DNA of 64,000 bases, from contig OZ193909.1 in the NCBI GenBank assembly GCA_964276515.1, positions 12,400,001-12,464,000 of the forward strand, in the 5' to 3' direction. A model generated the notes under the pieces. It ran no database searches and was not told where the DNA came from. It saw only the letters and a list, made by a program, of their open reading frames with translations. The position numbers and the translations under genes are program-made. This stretch comes from Gordius albopunctatus. Lineage: Eukaryota. This document shows positions 1 through 12,500 of this stretch, piece after piece. Position 1 is the first letter of the stretch. Each line of letters opens with the position of its first letter.

Positions 1-1257
1 TAGTATTTTAAACTTACATTAGTTCCTTGTTTATAGAAATGTTGGATAACTAGAGACGAGTATAATGATAAAATACAAATAATTAATATTAATATAAATG
101 ATAATTTTACAAAGCATTTTGAACATTTCTTTCATGCATGCTTCATTTTTAAACATACTTTAAAATTTAATTTCTATAGAAATTGCGCGTGCTCATTTTA
201 GAGTAAAATTGTGAGTGCTAATTCAACTAAAAATTAATATTCCTTATGGTTTAGTAAATTCATTTTTCAAAGTTTACTTTTTAATGACCCTGATAAAGCT
301 AACTTTATTATAGCAAATAAATACAGCTGGCACCTCCAAAGTCGGGCATGGGCTTTTGTCAAAAATAGTTGGTCTGGCTTGGACGAGCGTTATGGTAATA
401 AAACGGGCTCGCGACGGTCCTGGCTATTAGTAGGGGCAAACCCTTTTTGTTTTAATATATAAAAATGGTGTTTTTATGATGTTTATCAAATTTTATTATT
501 ATTTAACTTTACAATATAAACAAATCCTTATTAATTCTTGTTTGCTATTTATTCATAGAACTTGTAGTTCTTGAAGAAATGAATCCCAATGTTTCTATTT
601 TTTAAAGGGGGATCTTGAAATATTAACAAAAATATGTATATTTAGTATAAAATTAACCTATCATAGAGTTTCAAGTTTTCATAAATGGTTTTATGCAGCT
701 TCAAGTGCTACTATTGAAAATTTAACTTGTTGGAAGAAACAAAAGCTAGTTTGAGACTGATTTATTTAACATGATTAATATTGAACATTTTCAACATATA
801 AATAAATAATTGTTTTGGTTTTGACAAAAAATGTTTAAAAGGCCGCAGAATATATAATATTTTTGGGAAGGTGTAGACTGGGCCTGTGCATTACAAAAAA
901 TCAGCCGGGCGAACTCGAACTTATAATCTCATTTTAACGCCCCCGGGGCGGGACACTTTTTGGTACTGGTGGGAAAATTAAGCCTAAAAGGCCTATACAA
1001 GTGTTTAGTTCAACAATGAGCTTAATTAGCGCAAACAGAAAAATTGGAATGAGCTCTTTGCAATTTGGTATTTTTCACCAAATACCCATCTTAAATATTT
1101 TTATATAATTTTAATTAGTTTTTGTTTACTCGAAATTCTTTGACACAAAAGATGATCCTGCCTCCGCCATTACTGTATATAAGCTTAAATTTATTTTGTT
1201 TAATAGTATTAGTTGTAAAAAATTTTGAATCCCTCCCATATCCTGGCTACGCCTATG
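1..1257 (-). mobile_element. Non-autonomous hAT-type DNA transposon, partial (runs off window start); inverted copy of the 28605-30165 element
   Basis: Ends in CCTGGCTACGCCTATG (1242-1257), the reverse complement of the left end of the 28605 element. The body is the diverged reverse complement of about 28605-29810 (e.g. GATGATCCTGCCTCCGCCATTACTGTATAT vs ATATACAGTAATGGCGGAGGCAGGATCATC). Confidence 0.85.
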
Positions 1258-1368
1258 GAAGCCGCTTTTTCTAGTCCCATTGACTCTACACGTGCGTAAT
1301 GCTTTTATAAATAAATTAAAATTCTCTGATATTTATTTTGTTATAAATAGCTATTAAATTTGTTGCAG

Positions 1369-1446
1369 ATTATATTTAGATTAGATGATAAGATGAATGC
1401 ATTGTGGTCGCTGCTAGAAACTCAATTGCCAGATTTTCTCATTTAA
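1369..1446 (+). CDS. Possible terminal exon of an upstream gene (IIFRLDDKMNALWSLLETQLPDFLI*)
   Basis: Good acceptor TTTGTTGCAG ending at 1368, then 25 open codons in phase 0 to TAA. No homology recognised. Confidence 0.25.
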   Translation: MIFRLDDKMNALWSLLETQLPDFLI

Positions 1447-1685
1447 CATTGTTTATTATATTATAGTTAAAAAAGCTTGACCAGCATAAAATACTTATGA
1501 CATTTTTTTAACTGTGCGTGAATTTGTCTGTAGACATTAAATTTATCTCAAATCTAATAGACATTTACCCCTATAAGTTAGCACTAATTATATAGCGGTT
1601 TGAAATTTTGCATCGTGATGTTTCGTGTAACACTTCAAAATATTGTTCTGCTGTATGCCAGCTGTTACATGCTTTTTTAACAAAA

Positions 1686-2357
1686 ATGGATGTTAAGGAA
1701 AATGAAAAACGCAATGTTTATTTCGATGAAAATTCTGTTAATCCGTTAGCACGTTTTTTGCTATCTTCTTTTAATACTTATTTATATCTTCCCGCCTTAT
1801 GGCTAAGTAAATATTTTATTTATAATGTATCAACACACAGGACAAATAATTGTGGGCTTGCAACAACGACCAGTATACTATCATCGAAAATATAAACGAG
1901 TTAAAGATATTGATTTATGTGAAACTCATGATTTTCTTTGTATGTTTGAAGCAAACAACCAATATTACAGAGACAAGTTACCATATCAGCTATCTTTTTA
2001 TTTAAATAAATAGATTAGTGGAATCTACTATTCTTAGCATATTAAAAAAGAGACGAGATCAATGTATATTTTTTTATGGTGCAGATTCAATAAGTTATTG
2101 TCAGAAGAGCATTAAAGATTTTGATGATGCCTCATTAAATTACTTTGTAAAATGTAATGAATTATGCTTTTAACTCTACTTTAAATATGTATTTATTTAT
2201 CTCAATAAATTTAATTAATTTCTGCTATATAGATAGTGATTTAGGAATGAAAGGTAATGCTCAAGATGCATATATGAAACAAAAACATAGAATGATATGG
2301 GAAAGGAGAAATGGCAAATCATTAGTTGATGGTGCACCTATAGTTACTCCTTCTTGA
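1686..2357 (+). CDS. NDUFB10: NADH:ubiquinone oxidoreductase subunit B10 (PDSW); exons 1686-1806, 1841-1976, 2014-2153, 2233-2357; 173 aa
   Basis: GT-AG introns of 34, 37 and 79 nt join the exons in frame (522 nt). The protein reads ...PALWLRQIIVGLQQRPVYYHRKYKRVKDIDLCETHDFLCMFEANNQYYRDKLVESTILSILKKRRDQC...YCQK...NYFVKYSDLGMKGNAQDAYMKQKHRMIWERR.... This matches the YYHRxxxRV / CxxxDxxCxxEA / YxDLG / AYMKQKHRxxWERR pattern of animal NDUFB10. Confidence 0.95.
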
Positions 2358-2734
2358 TCAATTTTTATTAAAAATTTATATGTGTGAAATGAACCAGTTA
2401 AATAATTATAAATTCTTAATGATAAAGAATTATTGGATCTTTGATAAGCATAATTCATTGATGTGTAACAAAATAATTTTTATTGCAAAATAGGTTAAAT
2501 TTGATGAATAAATTATCAAAGATTTTTTGGGAAAGTTATTGGCATTTAATATGGGGTTTAAACTAATTAAGATTTCAACAAGCATCTTTCATGTTTGATA
2601 ATTTTTAAGTGTTATCTTTTTATGATTTTATTTAAACATTTAGAATGTTTTTATATTTATTCATGCCAACTCAACAATTAATTTTAACCCCTGAATTTTG
2701 CCTCACTTAAAGCACACTTTGCTAGTCCATATCA

Positions 2735-4678
2735 CAGGCGTAGCCAGGACAGGATTGCCTCAGGGGGTGGGGTTAATTTTGGTCAAAGAATTTTGATTTA
2801 ACAAAAACTAATTACAATTATATAAATTCAATATTTAGGATGGGCATGGGCGTAGCCAGGTTTTGAATTAGGGAGGGGGGGGGGCAGATAACAAAAAAAT
2901 TTCCTTGACTATCCCAGAGAGCAAAAAAAAGGTCTCGCCTATCCAAAATAATTTTCCGGATTTAAATTTGGCTAATTAGGGGGGGGCAGCGCCTTTAATT
3001 CTAACTTTCATTAAATCATATAGACGAACACAACTCGTTCTCTCCATCCAGCTCTACACTTTCCACTTGGCATGCTAAAATTGTTAATACAATTTATATT
3101 ATGAATCTTATTTTTAAATTAAAAATTAAATTCACAACAATTATATATTTTTTAACTAAGCTTAAATTCTAACTTTTATTAAATCCTATAGGCGAACACA
3201 ACTCCTTCTCTCCATCCAGCTCTACACTCCTCACTTTCCTTTGGCATGCTATAATTTAAAAATTTGATAATATTAAATATCAAAAACATGCAATTATTAC
3301 TATATAATGATGATACAGAAAAAATAGATGTCTGAAAACCTATATAAAAAGTTTTTGCAATTTACTAAAAAATACGGAATATAGCCCAAGCCCCACAAAA
3401 TTTTAAATAAAAATAATCAATATTCATAATCAGATTAATGTAATATAAACTGCATGAATTACTATTTTTTAAATCAAAAATTATTTAAATAAATTTAAAG
3501 TATTTCATAAATTTTTCTGAAATTTATATATAATTAATAAATATGTCCAAAATTATTTAAGCAAAACACATAAAATTTTCAAAAAATTCTTTGCTAAATA
3601 ATTAAAATACTGAAATAAATATTATCAAAGGTCAATAAAGATTAAAAATTAAATTTTTTAACTTAACATTTTTTAATAAAATATGTACAAATATCCATTA
3701 AATTTGAAATTGTTAGGGAAATTAATTTGTATGTATGTATTAATTTTAGGAATAGGAAATAAATAATGACTACACAAACACAATCGCAACTAGTAATCTA
3801 AAATTTAGATTTAATTTTACCAAAATAATTTAAATTTATGTGTAAATTCGCTAATATAAGCCTCTGTATTTATTTGAGTTAAGTTCAAATGGGGGGGGGG
3901 CAAAACATAATTTTTTAAAATTTTTAAGGGTTTTTGTATTAAAATTTTTCTTTTTTTCTAAATTAGGGGGGGCAGCCGGCCACCCCTGGCTACGCCCATG
4001 AGGATGAGTTTTATGAAAAATGCATTAATAATATCTAGAGATGTAAATTGCAAAGAGCTTATTCTAATATTTCTGTTTGCGCTAATAAGGCCATTGTTTG
4101 AACTAAACCCTTGCATGGGCATTTTAGGCTTAATTTGTCCACCAGTACCAAGTCCCGCCCCGGGACCGTTAAAATGAAATTATAAGCCAAAATTCGCCCA
4201 ACTCGTTTTCTGCAAAGCACAGGTTCAGCCTTCACCTTCCCAAAAAATCATATGAATTCCACATAAACATTTTATGTCAATGGTAAAACAATCATTTATG
4301 TATAAGTTGAAAATGTTCAATATTAATCATGTTAAATACATCAGTCTTCTTCCAAAAAGTAACGCGCCGTTGTATCTGTTTTGTGAATTTCTTTTGGCAT
4401 TTTGTCTAGCTTGCTGCTTTAAAACGGACGAATGCAAAACTGTCCAAATAATTCGCTGCAAATTAATGATGATGGTTGCTTACTTCTATTTAACTGACCC
4501 CGGCCAAAATTTATTTCTTAGCTTCAAATATATTAAAAATAAATTTTTGGGGCTGATGATAAATATTTACCGCTGGTTGGCTTTAATTTTTTCGACCTCG
4601 CCCGAGATAAATCCATTTCTTTTATATATAATTTTTTTTAAACATTTATTACATCCCCCCCCCCTGGCTACGCGCCTG
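2735..4678. mobile_element. Non-autonomous hAT-type element related to the 28605-30165 family, interrupted by a nested insertion
   Basis: Ends CAGGCGTAGCCAGG and CCTGGCTACGCGCCTG. Sequence on both sides of the nested insert is colinear with 28620-29090. TSD is degraded (CCATATCA/CCAAACGA). Confidence 0.7.
2845..4000. mobile_element. Long member of the CATGGGCGTAGCCAGG hAT-type MITE family, nested
   Basis: Perfect 16-bp TIR CATGGGCGTAGCCAGG / CCTGGCTACGCCCATG, 8-bp TSD AGGATGGG/AGGATGAG, internal ~80-bp direct duplication (about 2997-3080 and 3166-3255). Confidence 0.9.
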
Positions 4679-4724
4679 CCAAACGATAATAATTATATAT
4701 ATAGATCACATTCTTAAGATATTA

Positions 4725-6419
4725 GGGGAGACCGGGGTTACTATTATCTTTGTAATTATTTTTTAAATAATAATGATATATAATTAAAATTTAAATCATA
4801 TGTGTATTTTATCATAAGGTATAAGTAAAAAAATTTTTGTTTATAAAAAATAAAACTTAAAATTTTTATATAGGAACAACGATTTTTCGGCGCTATTAGT
4901 AGCCTTGCCAAAATTTTGTATTTTGGACATAAAAATTTTTGGCTGTATATTTTGGACTAATTTTAAGTTATGCCTTTTAAAGAATTATTTTTTATATAAA
5001 AACCGTCTGATCAATTTTTATTTGCAATATAACTTGTTAAATTATTAATTGTTTGTAAAAATAGGGGTCGGGGCTAGTTGGAGAGGGAGACAAATGTCAA
5101 GATTAAAAAAACAATAATTTTGTTTAAAAATAATTTATCTTCGTGTAATTTGAAACATTAATATACTATTTAAAAATTTTTTCCATTGCAGAATTCGTCT
5201 TTTATGGGTACCTAAATGAGATTGTCATCTTGACCCTTTTTTATTTGTATTATGTAAAATATAACCATATTCCATTTGCATTCTCTATGTTTTTTATAAT
5301 AAAAAAATCTTTTTATGATTTGAGTTAGCATACACCAATAGGAAGTGAAAATGTAAGGGATAATCTATCCCCCGAAAGGAGCTATGACTTGTACCGGGTA
5401 TTAATTGCTATGCAATTTATGGGTTCCCTTTTTGGTGTCCGTCCTCCAACGTTCTGACTTGCTGGTTCGATACCCGGAGAGGACAATTTTTTTTTGAATT
5501 AAATTAATATTTTTTTCTTGTTAATACCATTGATAATATGACTTTTTGGCCGTCCGCTGGCTACTGACCAATGAAAAAAATAATCTAAATTTTTTTTCGT
5601 TTTTGAATTGGTAGGTTAACATTGATAATTATCCTATGCCCTCCCATAGAAGGGCCTTTACGCCCATGACAACACCTCTTAATTAATTTGTATGTTTACG
5701 GCCTGAACTTCACAAATACATATTAATTATACCCCTGCACAAAGACATTATTTATTAATTATAAAGGGGAGAGTATCATGATAAATCATCATGTATGTTT
5801 AATTGCTATGCAATTTATGGTCTAGCTTTTTGTTGTCCGTCCGTTGTACTGTCTGCTAACCATTAGCAAAAATGGCCAAGGTCTGATTGGAAATTGGCTT
5901 TTCCAAGGTCATACCCTCTATTTGCGTTCCTTTCGTCATTTTGATTAATTTAGAAGTTGATAAATAAGAATTAATGAAAGAAAACCTATTCATCAATAAA
6001 TAAAGTATTAAGAAATGTTTTATAGCAAGTTTTACAAAAATTAAACTTTTTAAATAATTGTATAAATTAATAATTAACTAATCATTTTGCATTTAATACC
6101 CCCCCCCTATAGGCATTCTCGCCCTTCCCACCTTTCTCGCCCATAAATTGCATAGCAAATATGCTACGTTTATACGGACGGAGTATGGATGAGTTTTGTT
6201 CCCCCTTCCCTTCCCACGAGGGCCGAAGGCCCGAGTTTTATATATATATATATTTAATTTAATTTGTGAGAAAACTATTAATTTTTTAAATCCGAATTTT
6301 TTCCCTATAGTAAAAATAGACCTTAAAATTACGTTCCAACAAAAAAATTCAAAAAAATTTTTTTAGTTTTTTTAAAACGCAATTTAATTTTTCATGGCTA
6401 TTTAGTCCCCGGTCTCCCC
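4725..6419. mobile_element. Non-autonomous Tc1/mariner-pogo-like DNA element (TA target)
   Basis: TIR GGGGAGACCGGGG / CCCCGGTCTCCCC flanked by TA on both sides (4723-4724, 6420-6421). No intact ORF. Confidence 0.75.
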
Positions 6420-6521
6420 TACATTTCATAGAGATCAGAATTTACTTTCCAAACACGAATACAAATTTTATTAAACTATAAATGATCTAAATATATATTA
6501 TACAAACGAAAGTTGAGATTT

Positions 6522-9500
6522 TCAGATTGTAGAAGTGAGCATATCATCATCATCTGTTGGGTGCTGAGTGAGGCAGGTGAGGTTAAGGAGGGCCAAGTGC
6601 TTTCGCAAATTTCCACTAACTCTCCCCAACAAATCGTTTTGTTCGGCCTTGGTAACAGAAATATATTATAGCCGTTTCGGTTTAAAATTGCAAAGAATCG
6701 TACAACAGAAACCCGACCACGTGGAATGAGGCACAAAAAAGTTTTTATTGCAAAGCATCTTCGATAAATGCATTTTTTGCCAATTTAGAGAGGAAGAGGA
6801 AGACCTAGTGTTAGGTGGAAATGCAAGTTACAAATTTTTGATTAACAAAAACATCGATCCGAACAAGGCCCTTAGATTAAGACGAAAAAACTAACGCAAA
6901 TAACCCCACGACTTAGGTACCGACGATATAACATTTTTCCATAAATTTAATATACTTGCATGATTGAATTTTTAATAAGGGGTCAAAATAAGCAACAATA
7001 TTTTAGCGAGTCGTTGATGCGATAAAATTAAGTGAACTATATGACAATTATAAAGGCAGCTAACAAATTAAAAGGGCGGTATTAAAAATCGACTATGACT
7101 GTTAAATATTTGGAATAACTTAAAAATAACTCACAGAATATTGAAGGATCGAGTTGGATTGAAAGGATTCGTCCATCCATCTTAAGATTTCGTATATAGA
7201 ATCCGGGGTTTGTATGGGAAAATTGATAATGTGTTTGTCCAATAGCTCCAAAAATGTGAAGGCAAACCTAAGAAGTCGAGTAAAAATCGTAAACTAAATT
7301 AATTACCGAAATAAGTAAAATAGGAATCATAATCTAAATATCATATCGCTGTGCCGCAATAAAACTCTTAGATCACCAAAAAACATGAATTCCCATGCAT
7401 TTTTTGCGAGGAAAAACGTTTGTAAAGTGGAAATCACATACTAACATTAATAGAAGTTAACCAATCTACAAATTTCACAAAAAATCAACGCCTAATCGAA
7501 ATATAAAAAAAAACGTTTGCAGTTAATTATATATGATATCACCCAAATTATCGTTTATGGAATGGCGACTGCAAAGCTTTTTGACTACAAAAAATGGAGA
7601 GATTAAGATGTCAAAGGTTACTTGGGTGAGGGGAGGGGAGCCGAGATGAGAGACATTAGGAGGGATTCTCTGTAAAGGTGTCCATCCGGTTCTTCACGTA
7701 GCTTCAGATCCCGATATTTCGCTAAGAGAAAAATTGATTACAAAATATAAATTTGCTCCCCATTTTATTGGTCAGTAGAGCTCAGTTGGATTATAATTAA
7801 AATCTTTTCTAATTATAATAGAAACTAAATTAGACAACAAATAATAGTCTTGCGAAATCAATCGTAAAACGATTAACAAATTTAGATCTAGTTTTTGTCA
7901 ACACGAATATATTGGCCTATACGTCAAGTTTTTAAAATAAGTGAGTTCAAAGTTGCGAAAATAGGCGTTTTGCAAAATGTATACTGGGAAAACAAATTGA
8001 TCTAATATAAAAAATAATGCATTTTAATCCCAAAACCAATTTAGGGTTAGAGAAAAAAAGTTGATCTAATTTAATTAGATTATAATTTATAGTGAATAGT
8101 AACTTAATCCATTATTTAATACAGCGAAATCGCGTTAAACATATTTAGTAGCCTTTTCTAAATTTATGCTACCAGCATTTAGTCTAGACCCTTACAGAAG
8201 TGATGTAAAAAGGGCTGGGGGGGGGCTTTGTTTTGTCGACCTTTGCTTCAACTAAGACTTACGCTCGCTCGACTCTAGCTTGTTTTTTCAAATTTCGACC
8301 AAGTCTCGAGAAAAATAGAGCAATAAATCTTTGGTCTCTTTGTGTTTACTCGACTAAAACCAAACGTAGGCAAACAAAGCCAAGAAGCCGTTTATACAAC
8401 ACTACTCGACACCATTAAGAAATATATGTGAGCGTATTAAGTCTTACTCAGAAATGCTAGTAACGGAGTCTTGTGCGATATATCTGCAATACTGCCAGCC
8501 ACGTCATCGCCGTGATTTTCCAAAAAATCTCCTCCTTCGTTCAGGATTCTAAATGAGACGTATACAAATAGTTTCAAGTAGCAAATCAAAAAATAATAGG
8601 CTTAAACGCAATGTTTCCGCAACCTAGACAAAAATTCACATCTTTTTGTTAATTTTTAATCAGCAGATTAAAAAATCCCTAAATAAATTTTTTTCGATAC
8701 AAATTTTCAAGTAAGAGCTCTTTTTGATTTATATTGACAGGGTATTAAGGTTTAAATCTAGAGCACAACGCAATTTTAACCTGAGCCCAACAGAAGTGAG
8801 AATCACAAAACACTTTCATATGCAGTCAACGATGTACAACGAAGTTTTTGCAATCCCCTAATTTTAAGTCTAAAACTACGATCGAGTTTGAATCATGTTT
8901 AAGCGAGTGAGACCTTAAAGCGCGAAATTTCAAGTCTATCTAACATTGTGGTATTGTTTGTAACCCTAGCCAAACTTTCATTTTATAATTAAGATAAGTA
9001 TCCCACATGACGTGATTTGGCTTCATATTTGCTCGCCGAGGCAAACATGCAATCACAAAACGCTTTTTACACACTAAACGATGTAAAATAAAGCTCTTGC
9101 AGCAGTTCGCTAATTTTGCCCCCAAAAAATTATTATGGATCTTGGGTTTGTCGCGTTCTAAGCGAATAAGCCTCTAATACATTTAGAGGCCGAAATGTCA
9201 AGAAGAGTCTGACATCGTGGTATTGTAAACCTTAAAACCACTTTCACATATAATTACTTGATAACTATATGATTGGCCATAGTGTAATCGTTCATTTTTA
9301 AGGCCCAGCCCATGGCGGAACCGTATTGGTGAGTAGGTATGTAACGTTGAGCCATTTGTCGGCATACACTTGCAGCTATGTGTAAATAGTGAAAAAATAA
9401 TACCGAACAAAAAGCATTAACTGTAAAACCGACGTTGTCCGCATACCTTTTGACGTGTAGGCTCTTCGTTGGCACAAGGCAAAAATCTTCAAAGCCCTTC

Positions 9501-12500
9501 TTTCTGTGGTCATAGGCAGCTTTTCCAAGTATATTTGGAGGTGTGCGCTATATTAAGAATCAAAAAAAGCGTTCGTGACATAGTTGATAATTTTATCAAA
9601 GTTGACACGCACAAAATGTTGTTAAGATGCCTATAATAAAATTACACCGTATGGGTTTAATATTTCACGTTTTAAAATGTAACTAATAATAAGCAATTTA
9701 CTAAAAAGATATGGTATAGTACATACTTTCCGAACGTCGGACACGTATCGAGGTAGGCGGGAAGAAGGGTCCATAAACTAGGTCGCATGTTAAGCGTAAA
9801 TAAATATCATTTTGACAATTTTAAATGTTTTCAAAAATAATGAGGGAGTCATAAAAGAACTAAAATAACTGTAGAACTATGGACATCATTAAATACTTAA
9901 CTCATAATTAAATCAAAATTCAAGAATTGAAGTAGAGCCACAATTTATAACATCCTGACCCGAAAGGCTATTTTAAAATATTTAACCCAAACTCGTCCCA
10001 AATTTTTCGGTAAGGTTTCGAGTTACATGTCCAGGACTCTAATTGCATTTATATTGTTCATAAAGGGGTAAAGTGATCTTTTCCCCGTGCCGAATAGAAG
10101 CAAGGATTCACCCTTGCAATGAGAACCCATTGAGAAATGAACAATTTGAGGCGTGATTTTATAAAATGTATGTGCAAGAGGTCATGTAAAGGCATTATAA
10201 GAGGCTTTAATAAGAATCATAAAATAATCTGTTTCATGGTAATCTCCTAAAACTAGGTTTGTATCGACCTTTTCATACCTCGGATGATTACTGATCCCCG
10301 ACACAAATTCCAACATTATATACTCACGGATATCGCATTCAGTCCTATAATTTCGAGCAATGGAAAAATGCAAATGACTCAATTAAAATTATTTTAAAAA
10401 TATAAATAATTTAGCGCACCAAAGGGCTAATTTGTTTTAAGGATCCTACTTCTTTTATCTTATCATCTATTTATATAACTAGTAAAAAGAAAGGAAATGT
10501 ACCGAACATGAGGCACATTGAGATCGATTGTCCGAGCTAATAGGTCCGTGAGATGTGCGGGAAACCACCAATCATCAAAATGTAAGCTTTATAAAATAGA
10601 AACGTATGCATTGATTTAGTTTAATTACAATAATTTTGAGGCTAATAATTGAGTTTAAAAGCAAAAAATTGGAAATTCAAGAAAACAATAACTACCAAAT
10701 TTCGGTGAGTACGTTGAGGATTTCGAATTTAAAAGCGAATTGAACCATATCATCGATGGGGTTAGCAGAGGGAAGCGGGTTCTCGTCCAAAAATTTCTAT
10801 AAAAAATTAGCATTATTTAAAACTATTGATTTGTGCAACCTTCAAATGTATGGGTAATTGGGACGTCTTGACGGTAGGATTTTGATAAAAGAGTTTGGAT
10901 ATGAAGAGAGCGTGCCAGGGTTGACACAAATGCTTAAACTCCTCAAAAGCGGACTCCTGCCCGATGGCAATCTAATCAAAATATACACAACGACATCATT
11001 ATCATCCTCAACAGCAAGCATTTGGTGAAAACTGTGTTGCATCATACAGTCATAGTACCAAAGGAGGTTTCTTGGCCTCTTTTTCAGAGTGGCATAAAAG
11101 GATAAAAGGGATTTCATGCAAGGTCAAACCTTTGGTGCCTTTATGTGTTTAGTCATAGACTGAAACCAGAGCTCCACCAAACAAAACCACCCAGCCGTTC
11201 TCACGACACTAAGTCATAGACTAATAATACGCTAGACTAGCGAACAGCTGATTGTTGCCATAAAATTTATTCATCAACTTAATCCCCCACTTTGCCCGTA
11301 TTTTTCCTAGCGCAATGACTCAAAGGTGAAAATTTATGGAAGGAAGAAAGAAAGAATAGTGAGAAAATTGAATGGATTGACTTTTCTTACGTAAGTTGTT
11401 TAACACTTCATTATTTTGTTAATACGTATGGCTTAAATATGGCAGTCTGCATCCCTTTATAGTATTCAGCATGTTAGCCAGTTTTTGGTTATAACTGAGT
11501 ATTATTTATTGCAGTTGTAGAGAACCCACAACTTAATGCCGGAGATCTATTGAACAAAAATAACTTAGTTTGTTGGATATCTATAACTTGATTGTATGAA
11601 TTAAATTAATTTTCAAATTTTTCCATGCATAAAACGTCAATTTATAACCATTTTTTGCGTTAATAAATCAAAAATCGGGTTTAAAGGCGGAAGATCCGAG
11701 CATTAATAAATAACCATCAAAGATCAAATTTGTTATAATTATCGGTCCAAACCAGACCGGTTTCAATTTTCTAACTAAATTGCTTACCCGGGCCTGGCCA
11801 TGTCCGAATAATAAAAGCTGCCGACCCAAAATTATGATTTTAAAGTTTTTAGCGGTATTTTCCTCATATTTTCAAATTGGAAAAGTACTAAGCTTATTAA
11901 ATACTACACAATCAAAAAAAGTGACAAAGTAATTTACGAAAGCATCAGTACACAAAAAAACACATGAGTGAAATTAGATGTCCGGAAGGGCTCACCTAAA
12001 AATCTAATTTTATAACAATTGTCCCACTCAGCGCGGAGTTCTGGTTTCTGATAGCGATATTCATATTACAATGAAAATAGATCAAAGACTTTAAGGTTAA
12101 TGCCATGATAAATTGTAATTTCTATTCGATTCCGTACTCTCAATATGTTTGTCAAACCATTTTTGACGTGCAATGACCCGGTGGCAGGGAAATCGCTGAG
12201 GGCCCCCAACATTTCTTCACACTCTTTTTTCCAAGCCGTCCAAACGTATTGGAAGTTTGTTAAGGTGTTTTTTTCGGTAATCTAACGGTAACCATTTGAC
12301 AAAACAGGCGTAAATTCATTAAAATTTACCGATTATACATGAAATCAATAAAAAAAACTATAATTGGCTAATAATCTCTGCGGATTAACATTCATTTTGC
12401 CTTATTTATAGGCAAATGCGGTTCAATTTGGCCATTTGCCAGCATTAATAGCAATCGCAGCCAACCTTGCAACTCTCCCTCACGTTTTTTAAATAAAAAA

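Noticed and set aside
4274..4717. 147-aa plus-strand ORF
   Set aside because: It lies within a non-autonomous element and crosses its terminus, with no protein motifs. Related copies elsewhere in the window show no equivalent ORF.
5440..5490. tRNA-like GGTTCGATACCC motif
   Set aside because: No cloverleaf or acceptor stem can be formed around it; not called as a tRNA.
6420..12500. GC-richer block first suspected to be a viral or Polinton relic from plus-strand open stretches
   Set aside because: It is explained by NUP85 exons 9-20 on the minus strand; the plus-strand frames are antisense shadows.
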